Assembly: GCA_000004985.1 (NCBI GenBank)
Contig: GG738845.1
Reading direction: 5' to 3' (one strand)
DNA length: 64,000 nt
Source of the DNA: Naegleria gruberi
Taxonomy: Eukaryota
Part shown: positions 1 through 10,186 of the stretch, piece after piece
Layout: each line of letters opens with the position of its first letter
Position numbering within the stretch: the stretch's first letter is position 1
Notes under the pieces: generated by a model
Seen by the model: the letters and a program-made list of their open reading frames with translations, nothing else
Told to the model about the DNA's origin: nothing
Databases searched by the model: none
Made by a program: the position numbers and the translations under genes

Positions 1-1360
1 CATCCATGATGGAAGAATATTGTTCTGGGCTTACTTCAATTCTATTGTTAAGACGATTTGGTAAATCAAGGATATTCTTAATGTCATCCAATTGATATCT
101 GTGTTTCTTGTGAGTAGTTTCTCTTCCTTGCAATTCAAACATGGCACTGGCCAAACCAGATCCGTATGAGAACATATTAATACGCTTATCTTGGAGTTCT
201 TGACCCTTCAAACCAACCAATGAAGCAAAACCAGCGTATAAAGAAGCAGCATAAGTATTACCCAATTCTCTTGGAAGATAAGTACTTGGAGATACCTTTT
301 GTTCATAAATCTTCTTAGTTAAATTAATAAAGAATTTGCTTGATTCGTTATCATTGTAAGTCTCTTCTCTTGGAGCAGATTTGGTGAACTTTTTAATTTG
401 ACTCTTAGTTTCGGCATCCTTAACATTGTATTTAGCACAAATTCTATCAAATTCTTGCTCACTGGTAGTCAATGCAAAATCGGAATAAATCATACGAGCA
501 AATGACTTTTGAACCAACTTGTTGTATGGAGCATGGAAACACAAATAATCCAAATCAGCAACAGCAACTGGTTCTTCATGTCTAGCTCTTAATCTTTCAT
601 AACAAATATCCAAAGCTCTCAAATAACAAATATTTGAATATTGACCATCAACAGTTGGGAAATAGCTGGTCTTGACTGGTTTGTAAAAATCATAAGCATG
701 TTCCATGTGGAATGCCTTCAATCTAAAATCATTAAAAGCCAAAGGAGCATCTCTACCCAACAACATGGCAACAGCACCTGCACCACCAGTTGGTCTAGCT
801 GGTCCCTTTTCATATTGAGCAATATCTACAGCTACAACAACACTATAAACATCATTCTTTTTACAAGTAGTATGTTCGGAATTGAGCCAATACAAGGCAT
901 TGAACAAGGCATTAGTAGCACCATAACAAGCATTAATAGTATCAATACCTTCCATTTCTGAAGTATCAACTTGTGGGAATTGTTGCATAATAAAACTCTT
1001 AATAGACTTGGATTTATCAACTGGTGATTCTGTGCCAACTTCAAGTCTCTTAACTTGTCTTGGGTCAATTGAATACTTTTCAAATAAACGTTTTACTGCA
1101 GTCATTGCCAATGAAACAGTATCTTCTCTTTCAAGGTCAACAACAGCCATTCTACTTTGAGCCAATCCGATAGTGTACTTTCCTTCACTCACACCATCAT
1201 GTTGTTCCAAAGCTGATTGTGAAACAAATCTATTTGGGAAGTATGTTTCCATGCCAACAATACCAAAATGTGGATTTTGAGGTGAAATATTTGTAGAAAA
1301 GTGTTTGGCTGATTGATGATTCTTAATCAATCCTCTCAAAGATTGTCTGCTCTTGTTCAT
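1..1360 (-). CDS. Hydroxymethylglutaryl-CoA synthase. The N-terminus starts at the ATG at 1360..1358 and the C-terminus runs off the window start. It is not in the ORF track because it is partial.
   Basis: Manual translation of the minus strand from 1360 gives MNKSRQSLRGLIKNHQSAKHFS...GIDTINACYGATNALFNALYWLNS...AGAVAMLLGRDAPLAF... This carries HMGCS active-site-region motifs and stays open to position 1. Confidence 0.85.
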   Translation of the reverse strand, partial: MNKSRQSLRGLIKNHQSAKHFSTNISPQNPHFGIVGMETYFPNRFVSQSALEQHDGVSEGKYTIGLAQSRMAVVDLEREDTVSLAMTAVKRLFEKYSIDPRQVKRLEVGTESPVDKSKSIKSFIMQQFPQVDTSEMEGIDTINACYGATNALFNALYWLNSEHTTCKKNDVYSVVVAVDIAQYEKGPARPTGGAGAVAMLLGRDAPLAFNDFRLKAFHMEHAYDFYKPVKTSYFPTVDGQYSNICYLRALDICYERLRARHEEPVAVADLDYLCFHAPYNKLVQKSFARMIYSDFALTTSEQEFDRICAKYNVKDAETKSQIKKFTKSAPREETYNDNESSKFFINLTKKIYEQKVSPSTYLPRELGNTYAASLYAGFASLVGLKGQELQDKRINMFSYGSGLASAMFELQGRETTHKKHRYQLDDIKNILDLPNRLNNRIEVSPEQYSSIMD

Positions 1361-1897
1361 TTTGATCTTCTGTCTTTGTGTGTGAAAAAGATGACTGTGT
1401 GTTAACGCGTTTTTTTTGGGTGGAATTTTTCTGATTGTTGCTGGTAGTTCCCGAATTTATTGCTGTTCGGGCAAGTGAATAAGAATGCTACTGGAAGAGA
1501 GAAAGATTAAAAAACCGAACAGTTGCTGCAAGATCTTTTCTGAGTACGATCAAGGAGAATTTTATATTATCAAATGGTGATACAAAGATGACAAGTGTAA
1601 AAGTGTGAAGAAATTTTAGAGAAATCACAAGCTTACACGATGGTGGTGTGCGAAGAGAGAGACAACGAATAACAACCTTTGGCAAGTGTTCGGGAACCGA
1701 AGCTTGGTTGAAGAATTAATATTTGGATTCTCTGAGAAGCTTTTTAATTGTGGCGATTTTTCGTTTTTTGGAAAATTAGCTCAGTTTTTCATCATTACAC
1801 GGCTTAAAGAAGAAATAGAGAAGCTGTAGTTTATTGTTTTTTATTGTAAACAATGTTTGTTTTAATTAATTAAAAGGAAGATTGAAATTCCTTTCGC

Positions 1898-1913
1898 ACG
1901 GTTTTAAAACCGT
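1898..1913. promoter_or_regulatory. Perfect 16-nt palindrome ACGGTTTTAAAACCGT in the divergent intergenic region between the HMG-CoA synthase and SBP2 genes
   Basis: Its reverse complement is identical. It lies 134 nt upstream of the SBP2 ATG and 538 nt upstream of the HMGCS ATG. Confidence 0.3.
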
Positions 1914-2045
1914 AGTTGAGCTCACTTGTTACAATTCAATTAAAATGGTAATAAATAGCAGTTATTATTACAGAGATCTATGTGTTTATTAACATGTTTT
2001 ATTCAAGTTCTTGTCAAAGGTTTAATTAAAGTCAATTACAAAAAA

Positions 2046-3692
2046 ATGTCTCTTAATGCCAACAGCAAGCCATTTGTTCCTTCTTTTTTGAATGTTTTTC
2101 CGAATACTGCCTCCTCATCATCATTACCAGTATCAACAACAAGTAATTCTTCTTCAAATAATCATCAAACACACAAATCATCAAGGAGTAAAAAGTCTTC
2201 ATTATCCTCGGAACCTAAAAGAAAACAAGGGAATGCCAATATGGCCGGTTACAATTTGAATTTTCCCACTGTTGCTAGTGCTGACAATGAAGAATCACCT
2301 CAACAATCAGCAAAATTTTCATATAAAGACATTTTGACAAGTACACCAATTAGTTTGCTTCCCAATAATTTAGAACCTACATTCAATAATCCTGTAATTA
2401 ATCAAAAGACTCTATCACCACAGAAAACTTCCGAAACCTCCAAAGCATCTCTGAAGCAAGTTGTATCTGATATTCCTATAGTGGAAAAGAAGAAGAATAA
2501 GAAATTTACATTGGCAGATCATATTGGTGAAGAAATATCAAGGAAAATCAATTTTTCATCCTCTAATACTAATTCCCATGAAAAGTCTACAGTTTCAAAA
2601 CAAGCAACAAAAACAACCAAAAAGGAAATTCCAAAGGATGACAATACTAAAAAATCATTGTCAAAAATGAATCGAGTTGAAAAGGCGTTTCTTTCTAAAG
2701 GAGATATGAAGGGAATGAAACCAATTAGATTGGAAATTCGTTCTGAGGATGCATCCAAGATTACCAACGAAGATGTCTATAATGCATTCATTAAAGCTGT
2801 GACTCATTCAACTAATGAGGAATCAACAGAAGCTCTTGTTACAGTTCTTACAAAAAAGAAAAAACCAAACAAACTAAAGAAATTAATCTTAAAGGAAAAG
2901 GAAATTAGAAAGTTGCATAATATTGCTCCAGGCGAATTTTTGGATGTTAAGAAATTTTTAAAGAATTTGAAAGAGGATACAGAGACTGAATCAGTTGTAA
3001 TTGAAATAGTACCTGAAAAAACAGAAGAAACAACCATATTAGAAAATTCAAAAACAATATTAACAAAAGAGGATGACTCATCTGATGGAGAGGAAAAGCT
3101 TGTTGCAGATGATGAAATGGACATCCTCTCTATTGCCGAGTCAATGGAGGTTGTTCTCAAAAATTCAAATGAAAGAAAAATTAGAGAATATGTAAATTAC
3201 CCTCTGGATCCTGATTATGAGAATATCATTTTTCAAATGTTGACCAAACTTCAATTCTATCAGTTCAGATTGAAAAAAACAGATAAGAAAAAGTTCAAAC
3301 AAAGATTGAGATATGTGATTGGTATAAGAGAGGTACTCAAGGGATTAAAACTAAAACATATCAGAGCCGTAGTAATTGCTCCAAACATTGATAAGGTTAC
3401 TACTCCAGGTGGACTTGACACAAAGATTGAGGAAATTATTCAAAAGTGTAATGAACAAGAGCTACCAGTATTCTTTGCTTTGACAAAGAAGAAACTTGGA
3501 ACTGCCATGAAAACTTCAACCAAAATTAGTCTAGTTGGTTTGTATAGTATGGATGGTGCTTTTGATGAATTCAAGAAGGCAAAACAAATTGTGGAGGAAA
3601 AATTACTTGCCATTGAAAAACAAAAGAAAGAGCAAAACAGATCCGGTTCTGTTTGTACAGAACAACCTGGAAATGTTGATTTGAAGAATTAG
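2046..3692 (+). CDS. SECIS-binding protein 2 (SBP2)-like protein with a C-terminal L7Ae/L30e-type RNA-binding domain
   Basis: N-terminal ...SKPFVPSF... matches the SBP2 'KPFVP' N-terminal motif. C-terminal KQRLRYVIGIREVLKGLKLKHIRAVVIAPNIDKVTTPGGLDTKIEEIIQKCNEQELPVFFALTKKKLGTAMK...ISLVGLYSMDGAFDEF aligns by memory with the human SBP2 L7Ae module (RRLVLGLREVLKHLKLKKLKCVIISPN...IPFVFALNRKALGRSL...VSVVGIFSYDGAQDQF). Start taken at aaaaaATG at 2046 rather than the ORF-track 1980. Confidence 0.6.
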   Translation: MSLNANSKPFVPSFLNVFPNTASSSSLPVSTTSNSSSNNHQTHKSSRSKKSSLSSEPKRKQGNANMAGYNLNFPTVASADNEESPQQSAKFSYKDILTSTPISLLPNNLEPTFNNPVINQKTLSPQKTSETSKASLKQVVSDIPIVEKKKNKKFTLADHIGEEISRKINFSSSNTNSHEKSTVSKQATKTTKKEIPKDDNTKKSLSKMNRVEKAFLSKGDMKGMKPIRLEIRSEDASKITNEDVYNAFIKAVTHSTNEESTEALVTVLTKKKKPNKLKKLILKEKEIRKLHNIAPGEFLDVKKFLKNLKEDTETESVVIEIVPEKTEETTILENSKTILTKEDDSSDGEEKLVADDEMDILSIAESMEVVLKNSNERKIREYVNYPLDPDYENIIFQMLTKLQFYQFRLKKTDKKKFKQRLRYVIGIREVLKGLKLKHIRAVVIAPNIDKVTTPGGLDTKIEEIIQKCNEQELPVFFALTKKKLGTAMKTSTKISLVGLYSMDGAFDEFKKAKQIVEEKLLAIEKQKKEQNRSGSVCTEQPGNVDLKN

Positions 3693-3717
3693 AATATTTT
3701 ACATTTTATTTTACAAT

Positions 3718-4752
3718 TTATAATCTTAGCATGTTGTCATCTTCGGTTCCTTTGATTTTTCCTTCAAACCATGTCAGAATGGCTGTAAAATGTTTCAAAT
3801 CCACATTAATTTCACCAAGAGAATCAATAATATTGTTAGACTCAACTTTAGGTTTGTTATTGTCACTCAATAACGTCAATAATTCCTCTGTCCTTTCACA
3901 AAACTTTTCTTCCTGTTTGTTCAATTCCTTTCCTTTGAGTGTTTGATAGAGTAAGAATGCTGCCAATTTAATATAATGTCTTTTTTCCAATGGATTTTGT
4001 AATTTCCTAGGCTTTTCTTTTCCCAACGCAAGAATGTCAGCAAGATCCATCAATTTTAAGCTTGGTAATGCCTTTTGTTTTGGATCAAAACCTCTTTCAA
4101 TTTTCTTTGTTTTTCTCAGTAATATTTTGAGAATAAATTTTGCTCTCTTTTCACTAGATTGGAAGCTTGGGTAACTATTCATAAATTCATTAATGTGCAT
4201 CTTGTTGTCTTCTCCTCTTTCAACACATGAGTAAGACAATTGAGCCATCTTGTTGTTTTTAAATTCTGTGAAATTTGAATTGATTGAATCAAATAATATA
4301 AAACGATCGTCCTTATCATCGAGAAGGGCAGGATCAAATTGAGGCTGATCACTAGGTGACCCAGTGAAAGAGCCAGTAAATGAAGATTTGATAAATGAAG
4401 ACGACAGGCTAGGACTGTCGGAACTAGAATTGTCGTTATTTGAGGCAGAATTTGATGCTGCTGTTGATAGAACTTCACTATTGTGGTAGTCCTTCCTTAG
4501 TGATTCAAATCTCATCTCATAATAAACGTCATCGAAGGGTATTTCAGTCGAGTATTCCTCTTGGATCACCTTAGAAGGAAGTCGAGGGGATTTTGGCACC
4601 TGTGGAGACAATGTTTCTTGCAAGCTATAATTCGGAGGTAAACTATGAGAGACAATTCTCTTGGTAATTTGCTCTGGTTGTGGTAATTTGATTGCATCCC
4701 CAAAATCTAAGGCTATAAGTCTGTGCTCTTCTACTGAGCATGCTGTACCCAT
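3718..4752 (-). CDS. Uncharacterised protein with a predicted N-myristoylation signal (MGTACS...)
   Basis: The long ORF is 3718..4869. The internal ATG at 4752 is preceded by an A8 run and encodes MGxxxS. Ser-rich middle region. No family recognised. Confidence 0.4.
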   Translation of the reverse strand: MGTACSVEEHRLIALDFGDAIKLPQPEQITKRIVSHSLPPNYSLQETLSPQVPKSPRLPSKVIQEEYSTEIPFDDVYYEMRFESLRKDYHNSEVLSTAASNSASNNDNSSSDSPSLSSSFIKSSFTGSFTGSPSDQPQFDPALLDDKDDRFILFDSINSNFTEFKNNKMAQLSYSCVERGEDNKMHINEFMNSYPSFQSSEKRAKFILKILLRKTKKIERGFDPKQKALPSLKLMDLADILALGKEKPRKLQNPLEKRHYIKLAAFLLYQTLKGKELNKQEEKFCERTEELLTLLSDNNKPKVESNNIIDSLGEINVDLKHFTAILTWFEGKIKGTEDDNMLRL

Positions 4753-4924
4753 TTTTTTTGAATAATTACTGTATTTTAACAGGTAGTATTTATTAGCAAC
4801 AGTTTTTAACAACTTTAGAATGAAAGAAAAGAACTGGTCATTATCATGTTGAACAGAGTTTAGCCCCACATTTTCTTATCAAGGTTTGGCGCCAAAATGG
4901 TTACGAAAATAAAGCAAAAAAAAA

Positions 4925-6316
4925 ATGAACGAACCAACCTCATGCAAGGATAGCTTGGATACGCAAGCCATTCTTCAATCTTCATCTTCATATTCGGGTA
5001 CATCATCATTTAATCCCATCATATCATCAGTTCAGGATTACTTAAATCAAGCAAACACAAAGAAGGAAATAGGGTTTGCTGATCTCTGTTTGTCTGACAA
5101 ACAAAAACTTGCCCAAATGTTTAAAAAGCTGGATGACAGTCACAAGGAAGCCAGAAAATACAAAAAGTTATATGAGGAAGAGGCACAAAAGAATGAGGAA
5201 TTAATTCAAAAGTATACTGAACAACAGGAAATATTTGAACGAGAGTCAACCGAGTTGAAAGGAAAATACAATATTAGCCTTTCTAAACTTAAAAAATTGA
5301 AAGACAAGAGTGATGTAATCATAACAAGATTGGCAGAAGAAAGAGAGAAGGAGCAACAAGAAAGAGTTTCAGAAGTCTCTTTTTTAAGAGAAGAAAATAA
5401 GCGAATGTTGGAAAGATATGGAGCTCTCCAAAGAGATAACGTAAAAATTCAAAGACAAGTGGAAGAATTAGAAATCAATAGAATGTCACTAGTGTTACAA
5501 AAGAAGGAAACAAGGGAATTGTCAACACAAACTGAAACTGAACCAACTCTGCCAACAGAAGAAAAGGAACAACAAACAAGTACCATTGTTTCCACACCAG
5601 TCAAGTTGAGTGAAACAAAATCAATTGCTCTTGAAAAAAAGATACTCGATAAAAAGACTAGAGATTTAGAAGCTCTGTTAAAAAAGCTTTCTCCTGAAAG
5701 GGAACCAAAAGTCACACAAAAGGATACCATTCAAAAGGAAACAAAATATTCACCAACAAAAGAAGACAGAAGGAAAGATGTTTCAATAGAAAACTCTCCT
5801 TCAATATCAGACATTTCTAACAAATCACCTCTACTAGACTATTTAGCCACTCCAAGGAAGGGAAGCAAAGAGTCCACCCATCTCACAACATCAAAGAAAG
5901 TTATTGACAGAACGGTGGATGATTCTGATTTGCTCAATATTGTACAAAAGTCAGACAAGATTAGAAAAGAATCACCACACAAACTCATTACAAACCATGT
6001 TAATATTGTTTTTGAGAGAGAAGCATCTTCAAGTTTTGATAAGGACTTTATGTTGGAAGACCCAATCACCAAACAACCTCCCAAACCAGAAAAACATCCT
6101 GAGAAGAGGAATAATAGCTATTCGTTTTCAGAATCATTTATTACTGATAGTGATTATTCAGATTCAGAAGATGAGGGAGAATACTATGATGAAGATTCAT
6201 TGCTTAATGTGGTTAAAGTTTTGGAACAACAACAAAATATGAGAGCCTCTTCCTCCATTTCCTCATCTTACGCTGTTACTGATTCTTCAATTGAGGGTAA
6301 AAATTGGTTTGAATAA
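4925..6316 (+). CDS. Uncharacterised coiled-coil protein with an acidic Ser/Asp/Glu-rich C-terminus
   Basis: 1.4-kb ORF with ATG in an A-rich context. Heptad-like K/E-rich segments. C-terminal DSDYSDSEDEGEYYDED. Confidence 0.4.
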   Translation: MNEPTSCKDSLDTQAILQSSSSYSGTSSFNPIISSVQDYLNQANTKKEIGFADLCLSDKQKLAQMFKKLDDSHKEARKYKKLYEEEAQKNEELIQKYTEQQEIFERESTELKGKYNISLSKLKKLKDKSDVIITRLAEEREKEQQERVSEVSFLREENKRMLERYGALQRDNVKIQRQVEELEINRMSLVLQKKETRELSTQTETEPTLPTEEKEQQTSTIVSTPVKLSETKSIALEKKILDKKTRDLEALLKKLSPEREPKVTQKDTIQKETKYSPTKEDRRKDVSIENSPSISDISNKSPLLDYLATPRKGSKESTHLTTSKKVIDRTVDDSDLLNIVQKSDKIRKESPHKLITNHVNIVFEREASSSFDKDFMLEDPITKQPPKPEKHPEKRNNSYSFSESFITDSDYSDSEDEGEYYDEDSLLNVVKVLEQQQNMRASSSISSSYAVTDSSIEGKNWFE

Positions 6317-6399
6317 TTTGCACAGTCATAAGTGAAACTACAATTGAGAGAAACAATGTGGCTTGTTGCTTTATATTTTTCTTCACCAACTTCAAAAAA

Positions 6400-9300
6400 A
6401 TGAGCAGAAATAAAAATGCGCTCAAGAGAGCAGCGATGAGTGGAATTTCGTTCGAAGAGGATGAAGAGAATCAACAAGACAATACGTTTGAAACAACTTC
6501 CGAACAAAATCTTGAACAAGAAATTAATGATGACTATGAAGAACAATTAAAAGCACAAGAATTATTTTTAAAACAACAAGCTAAACCTTCTGTTCAACAA
6601 GTGAAAAAATCCAAATTTGCCATGGAGAAGGAACAACGAGCATCACAGAATGATGCACCAAAGAATATTCTCCGAATTTTTAATAACACAACTATTGTAG
6701 AGAGAGACATTTCTAAAAGTTCGATCACTTTACCAACAATTCCTAGTCAACCACAACCTTTTCCAACTTTAAAACAACCCACACTAACATTCTTGGGAAG
6801 AAGAAAAAAGCAAGAGGAAAAAACTAAACCATTGGAAAAATCAAAACAAACACTGGCACCAACAATTGAAAAGCCAGTATTGGAAAAAATTGAAAAACTA
6901 AAACATGTTCAAAATGAAAGAGTCTCAGAAGAAGACTCTATTGATAAAGAAAGTGACAAGATGCTTTCTGAAATGTCTAATGAAGAAATACAAGAGGCTC
7001 AAGAACAGATTTTAAAGAATTTTGATTCTTCCCTCATTAACTTGCTCAAAAATAGAGGATTGAAAAAGAAGCAGGCAAAGGAGAAATCTACTTTTAATCC
7101 TAAAGATATCACACCAAAAGAACCAGTTAAAATGTCACAAGAAGAAAAGAAGGAAATTATTGAAAAGGATATTACTGAAATTATTGAAAAAATTAAAGAT
7201 AGTTTGAATCCAAGTGAACTCAAAAATGTAAAAGATGAAGAGGAAAAGCTAAAGTGGATTGTTGGTGGTCAAGAGATTATTGCCGAGTCTGAGGAAGAAA
7301 AAAAGGACAATAGTAGATTCAAGCCTCTTAGATTTGATTTGGAAGGTAACGTAATCGATAAGAACAAAGAATACCACGTCCAATCAGGTCTTTACCATCA
7401 TGGAGGAGATCAATCGGAAGCTGGTTATACTATTCTTGAAATTTTCCAACTTATTAGAAGCAGTGTGATCAATCAGAGAATAATTAATATCAAGCTTCTC
7501 TCTTCAATCATCAAAAAAATTGGCTCAAACAATTCATTTGAACTCATTGAATATTTAGAATCCAAGTATGAATTATTCAAGACGATATTTTGGTTTGGAT
7601 ATGCAGATGCTACAAATGGGAGTCCAACCGTTCTCCACAAAAATCTAAACCTAATTACTGTAACATCAGAGCTCGTTAGAACACTGTTATCTACCCTCTA
7701 CTCGAAACAAGATGAGATAAATCAAATGATTACTCGAGATTCATTTGATTTTGGTTTACATACACTCAATAATTCCATTTCCGAAAAAGTAGACATTATC
7801 AAAAAGTATGAAAAGGATATTACCCAACATGTAATTTCTGACATGGTGTCAATTTTAGAATGTGAGGATGACAATACTTTGTTAGAATGTGTTTTGGATT
7901 GTTTAGCTCTATTTTCAAGGTACTCTTTGACCGTTGCCTCAAAGATAGTTCAGGAAATGCTTAAAAAGTTTGCTTTTAAGGGTTTTAATAGCTCACTTTT
8001 TTACAAATCGCCAAGATTGGCAACAAATTATGCCAAGATGTGTTCTGCACTTGCTTGTCATGGAAAGAATATTTGTGAAAGAATTATTAAGAATACTAAT
8101 ATTATTGATATTTCTAAACAATATTTGACACTTTGTCTTTCAGAACAAAATGAAGAATTGTTAGAATTTTGTAACGAGTTGGTATCATTTATAGTTGCCT
8201 GTACCAGTTACAAGATCGTCAGTGTTATGCATCTATTCTGTCAAGAAATGTTTCCAAATCTTGTTACCATCATCCAGTTAGCCTTTAAGAAGAATCACCA
8301 AGCCATAAGATTGTCAAAACATTGCTTATTTTTGATGCAAGTCTATATGGAATCAAAGTCAGCACTCTCCTTCCCATCCTTTGAAGATAAGGACGAAGTA
8401 GATGAAAATTCTATTGGTCATTTGGAAAATTTCATTTTGGAAGATTGTCCATTATTAGCTGTCAAGGCCCTTAAAAGTGGTATGGAATCTTTGTGTATTA
8501 GATTTCTGTACTTTATTTGCACGTTTTATGATAATTTTTATTGTAATCCAAACAGTGATTTCGCAAGATTTATTTCCAAGGATGATATTGACACAACATC
8601 ACAAATTCTTATGGTAATGAAAAGAGTAGAAAATAGAGTATTTTATCAAGAGATCTATCAGTGGGCTGAATTAATTTTGAATCAATTAGAAAGTTTAGAA
8701 AACTCTGCAGATAACTTTGAAACCATTACCAAATTACTTGCAAACATTACATCTGTTGTAACCATTTGCTATTTTAGTTCCAAGTCATTCAAGCACCTGT
8801 TTGGAGTTTTGTATAATGATATTCATTTCGAGTCGCTATTGTTGAGAATTTACAATTCAGTATTTACCAAGTATTTGTTTACTAAGGAGTTTTATAGCAA
8901 GTCCCTCTTTTCAGAGAATCCTCTCAGATACAAGTACTTTATTCTAAGAGAACGTTTTTTCAATCTGAGCTTTTACTTTTTAAAGTTGTATACATATGAG
9001 AAAACAAGACTCAAGGATTTAATTTCTAGTGATCAGATTTGCAATTTGGCTTTGTTTACCTCTTCCTTACTCGAACCAATCAAATTCAAGGGTGACAGGT
9101 ATCTTTTCTTTTACATTTTACAAACATTTGTATTGAATTATCACCCTACCCTTTTGAATTACTTGGATAAGGATTTGTTTGAAGTTTCACAAAGCGAATC
9201 TGAGAAGGATAATATTATTGAAAGTAACAATATTCAGGTTGGAGCTCCTTTCCATTCACAAGAGTTTGAGCCAACTAGTCCAAGTGATTGGATTTACAAA

Positions 9301-10173
9301 TCAATTGAATACTATTATATTAACAGATTGGATGAAACAAAGAATGTTGGTCTAATTGTTGACACATTGAAATTTATTTTAACGCTTACTTATGGATCGA
9401 ACTTTAGAAATGACCCACAATTTTCTACTTCATCTCAACAATCTTACATTAATGTATTTTATCCAAAAGTTATTCAATTTGCAAATATTATGAAAATATT
9501 CCTTATGGATACTGATATTTTCTTTATTGATTCAGTACAACAGTTATTGCAAACATGGGTTGATACATATTTTGAGGAACAATATTTACTTCAAAAAGCG
9601 AACTCTTACCCATACGCTACAAATCCATTCAGAGGATTTGCTAAAATGGAGACCATGGAAGATATTTTCTTCCAAATGTTTAAAGATTTTATTGAACAAC
9701 AGACATCAGCATCATTTAATCAGTCAACATTTGCCCAGTATGTTCTTAGCTTCTTTGTACACACCAATATTTGGAGTTCAAAATACAGAAATCATATTGT
9801 GAATGAGTTGACCTTTAAACAAATCAGAGTTTTAAATATTGGAAATGAATGGTTGAGCAAACTCTCTATATTCCCAAATGAAACTAATTTGGATCTGATT
9901 GTACTGTATTTGAAGAGATTTCTGGCTGTGATTTCAAAAGAGGACTTGGAGGGCTGTTTTATTTTCAAATATATGGCCTATCATGTTTGTGCAAGCCTTC
10001 CATCCCTATCAGCTGAGTGGTCAGTCGAACAAAAATCAATCATTTCCATATTGTTTGAATCTGTTTCAAATGAAGCTGTCAAGAATTATATCCTCCACAT
10101 ACTATCCGAAAAGAATAGCTTATCATCTATTGACCAACTTATTGAAAGGCTAAAGGAAAGAAAAATAAGATGA
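6400..10173 (+). CDS. Large uncharacterised protein of 1257 aa, tentatively RPAP1/Rba50-like (RNA polymerase II-associated protein 1 family)
   Basis: 3.8-kb uninterrupted ORF with ATG at 6400 after an A7 run. Segment ...RFDLEGNVIDKNKEYHVQSGLYHHGGDQSEAGYTILEIFQLIRSSV... resembles my recollection of the conserved RPAP1 C-terminal-domain core (HHG..P..AGYT..EL..L.RS). This is a weak, memory-based call. Confidence 0.3.
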   Translation: MSRNKNALKRAAMSGISFEEDEENQQDNTFETTSEQNLEQEINDDYEEQLKAQELFLKQQAKPSVQQVKKSKFAMEKEQRASQNDAPKNILRIFNNTTIVERDISKSSITLPTIPSQPQPFPTLKQPTLTFLGRRKKQEEKTKPLEKSKQTLAPTIEKPVLEKIEKLKHVQNERVSEEDSIDKESDKMLSEMSNEEIQEAQEQILKNFDSSLINLLKNRGLKKKQAKEKSTFNPKDITPKEPVKMSQEEKKEIIEKDITEIIEKIKDSLNPSELKNVKDEEEKLKWIVGGQEIIAESEEEKKDNSRFKPLRFDLEGNVIDKNKEYHVQSGLYHHGGDQSEAGYTILEIFQLIRSSVINQRIINIKLLSSIIKKIGSNNSFELIEYLESKYELFKTIFWFGYADATNGSPTVLHKNLNLITVTSELVRTLLSTLYSKQDEINQMITRDSFDFGLHTLNNSISEKVDIIKKYEKDITQHVISDMVSILECEDDNTLLECVLDCLALFSRYSLTVASKIVQEMLKKFAFKGFNSSLFYKSPRLATNYAKMCSALACHGKNICERIIKNTNIIDISKQYLTLCLSEQNEELLEFCNELVSFIVACTSYKIVSVMHLFCQEMFPNLVTIIQLAFKKNHQAIRLSKHCLFLMQVYMESKSALSFPSFEDKDEVDENSIGHLENFILEDCPLLAVKALKSGMESLCIRFLYFICTFYDNFYCNPNSDFARFISKDDIDTTSQILMVMKRVENRVFYQEIYQWAELILNQLESLENSADNFETITKLLANITSVVTICYFSSKSFKHLFGVLYNDIHFESLLLRIYNSVFTKYLFTKEFYSKSLFSENPLRYKYFILRERFFNLSFYFLKLYTYEKTRLKDLISSDQICNLALFTSSLLEPIKFKGDRYLFFYILQTFVLNYHPTLLNYLDKDLFEVSQSESEKDNIIESNNIQVGAPFHSQEFEPTSPSDWIYKSIEYYYINRLDETKNVGLIVDTLKFILTLTYGSNFRNDPQFSTSSQQSYINVFYPKVIQFANIMKIFLMDTDIFFIDSVQQLLQTWVDTYFEEQYLLQKANSYPYATNPFRGFAKMETMEDIFFQMFKDFIEQQTSASFNQSTFAQYVLSFFVHTNIWSSKYRNHIVNELTFKQIRVLNIGNEWLSKLSIFPNETNLDLIVLYLKRFLAVISKEDLEGCFIFKYMAYHVCASLPSLSAEWSVEQKSIISILFESVSNEAVKNYILHILSEKNSLSSIDQLIERLKERKIR

Positions 10174-10186
10174 TTCAATAAAGAGT

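Noticed and set aside
641-1083. ORF-track ORFs 641..961 (+) and 832..1083 (-) at the window start
   Set aside because: They lie inside or antisense to the HMG-CoA synthase coding region. The minus-strand frame starting at 1360 translates continuously into a recognisable HMGCS, so these are frame-shifted or antisense artefacts.
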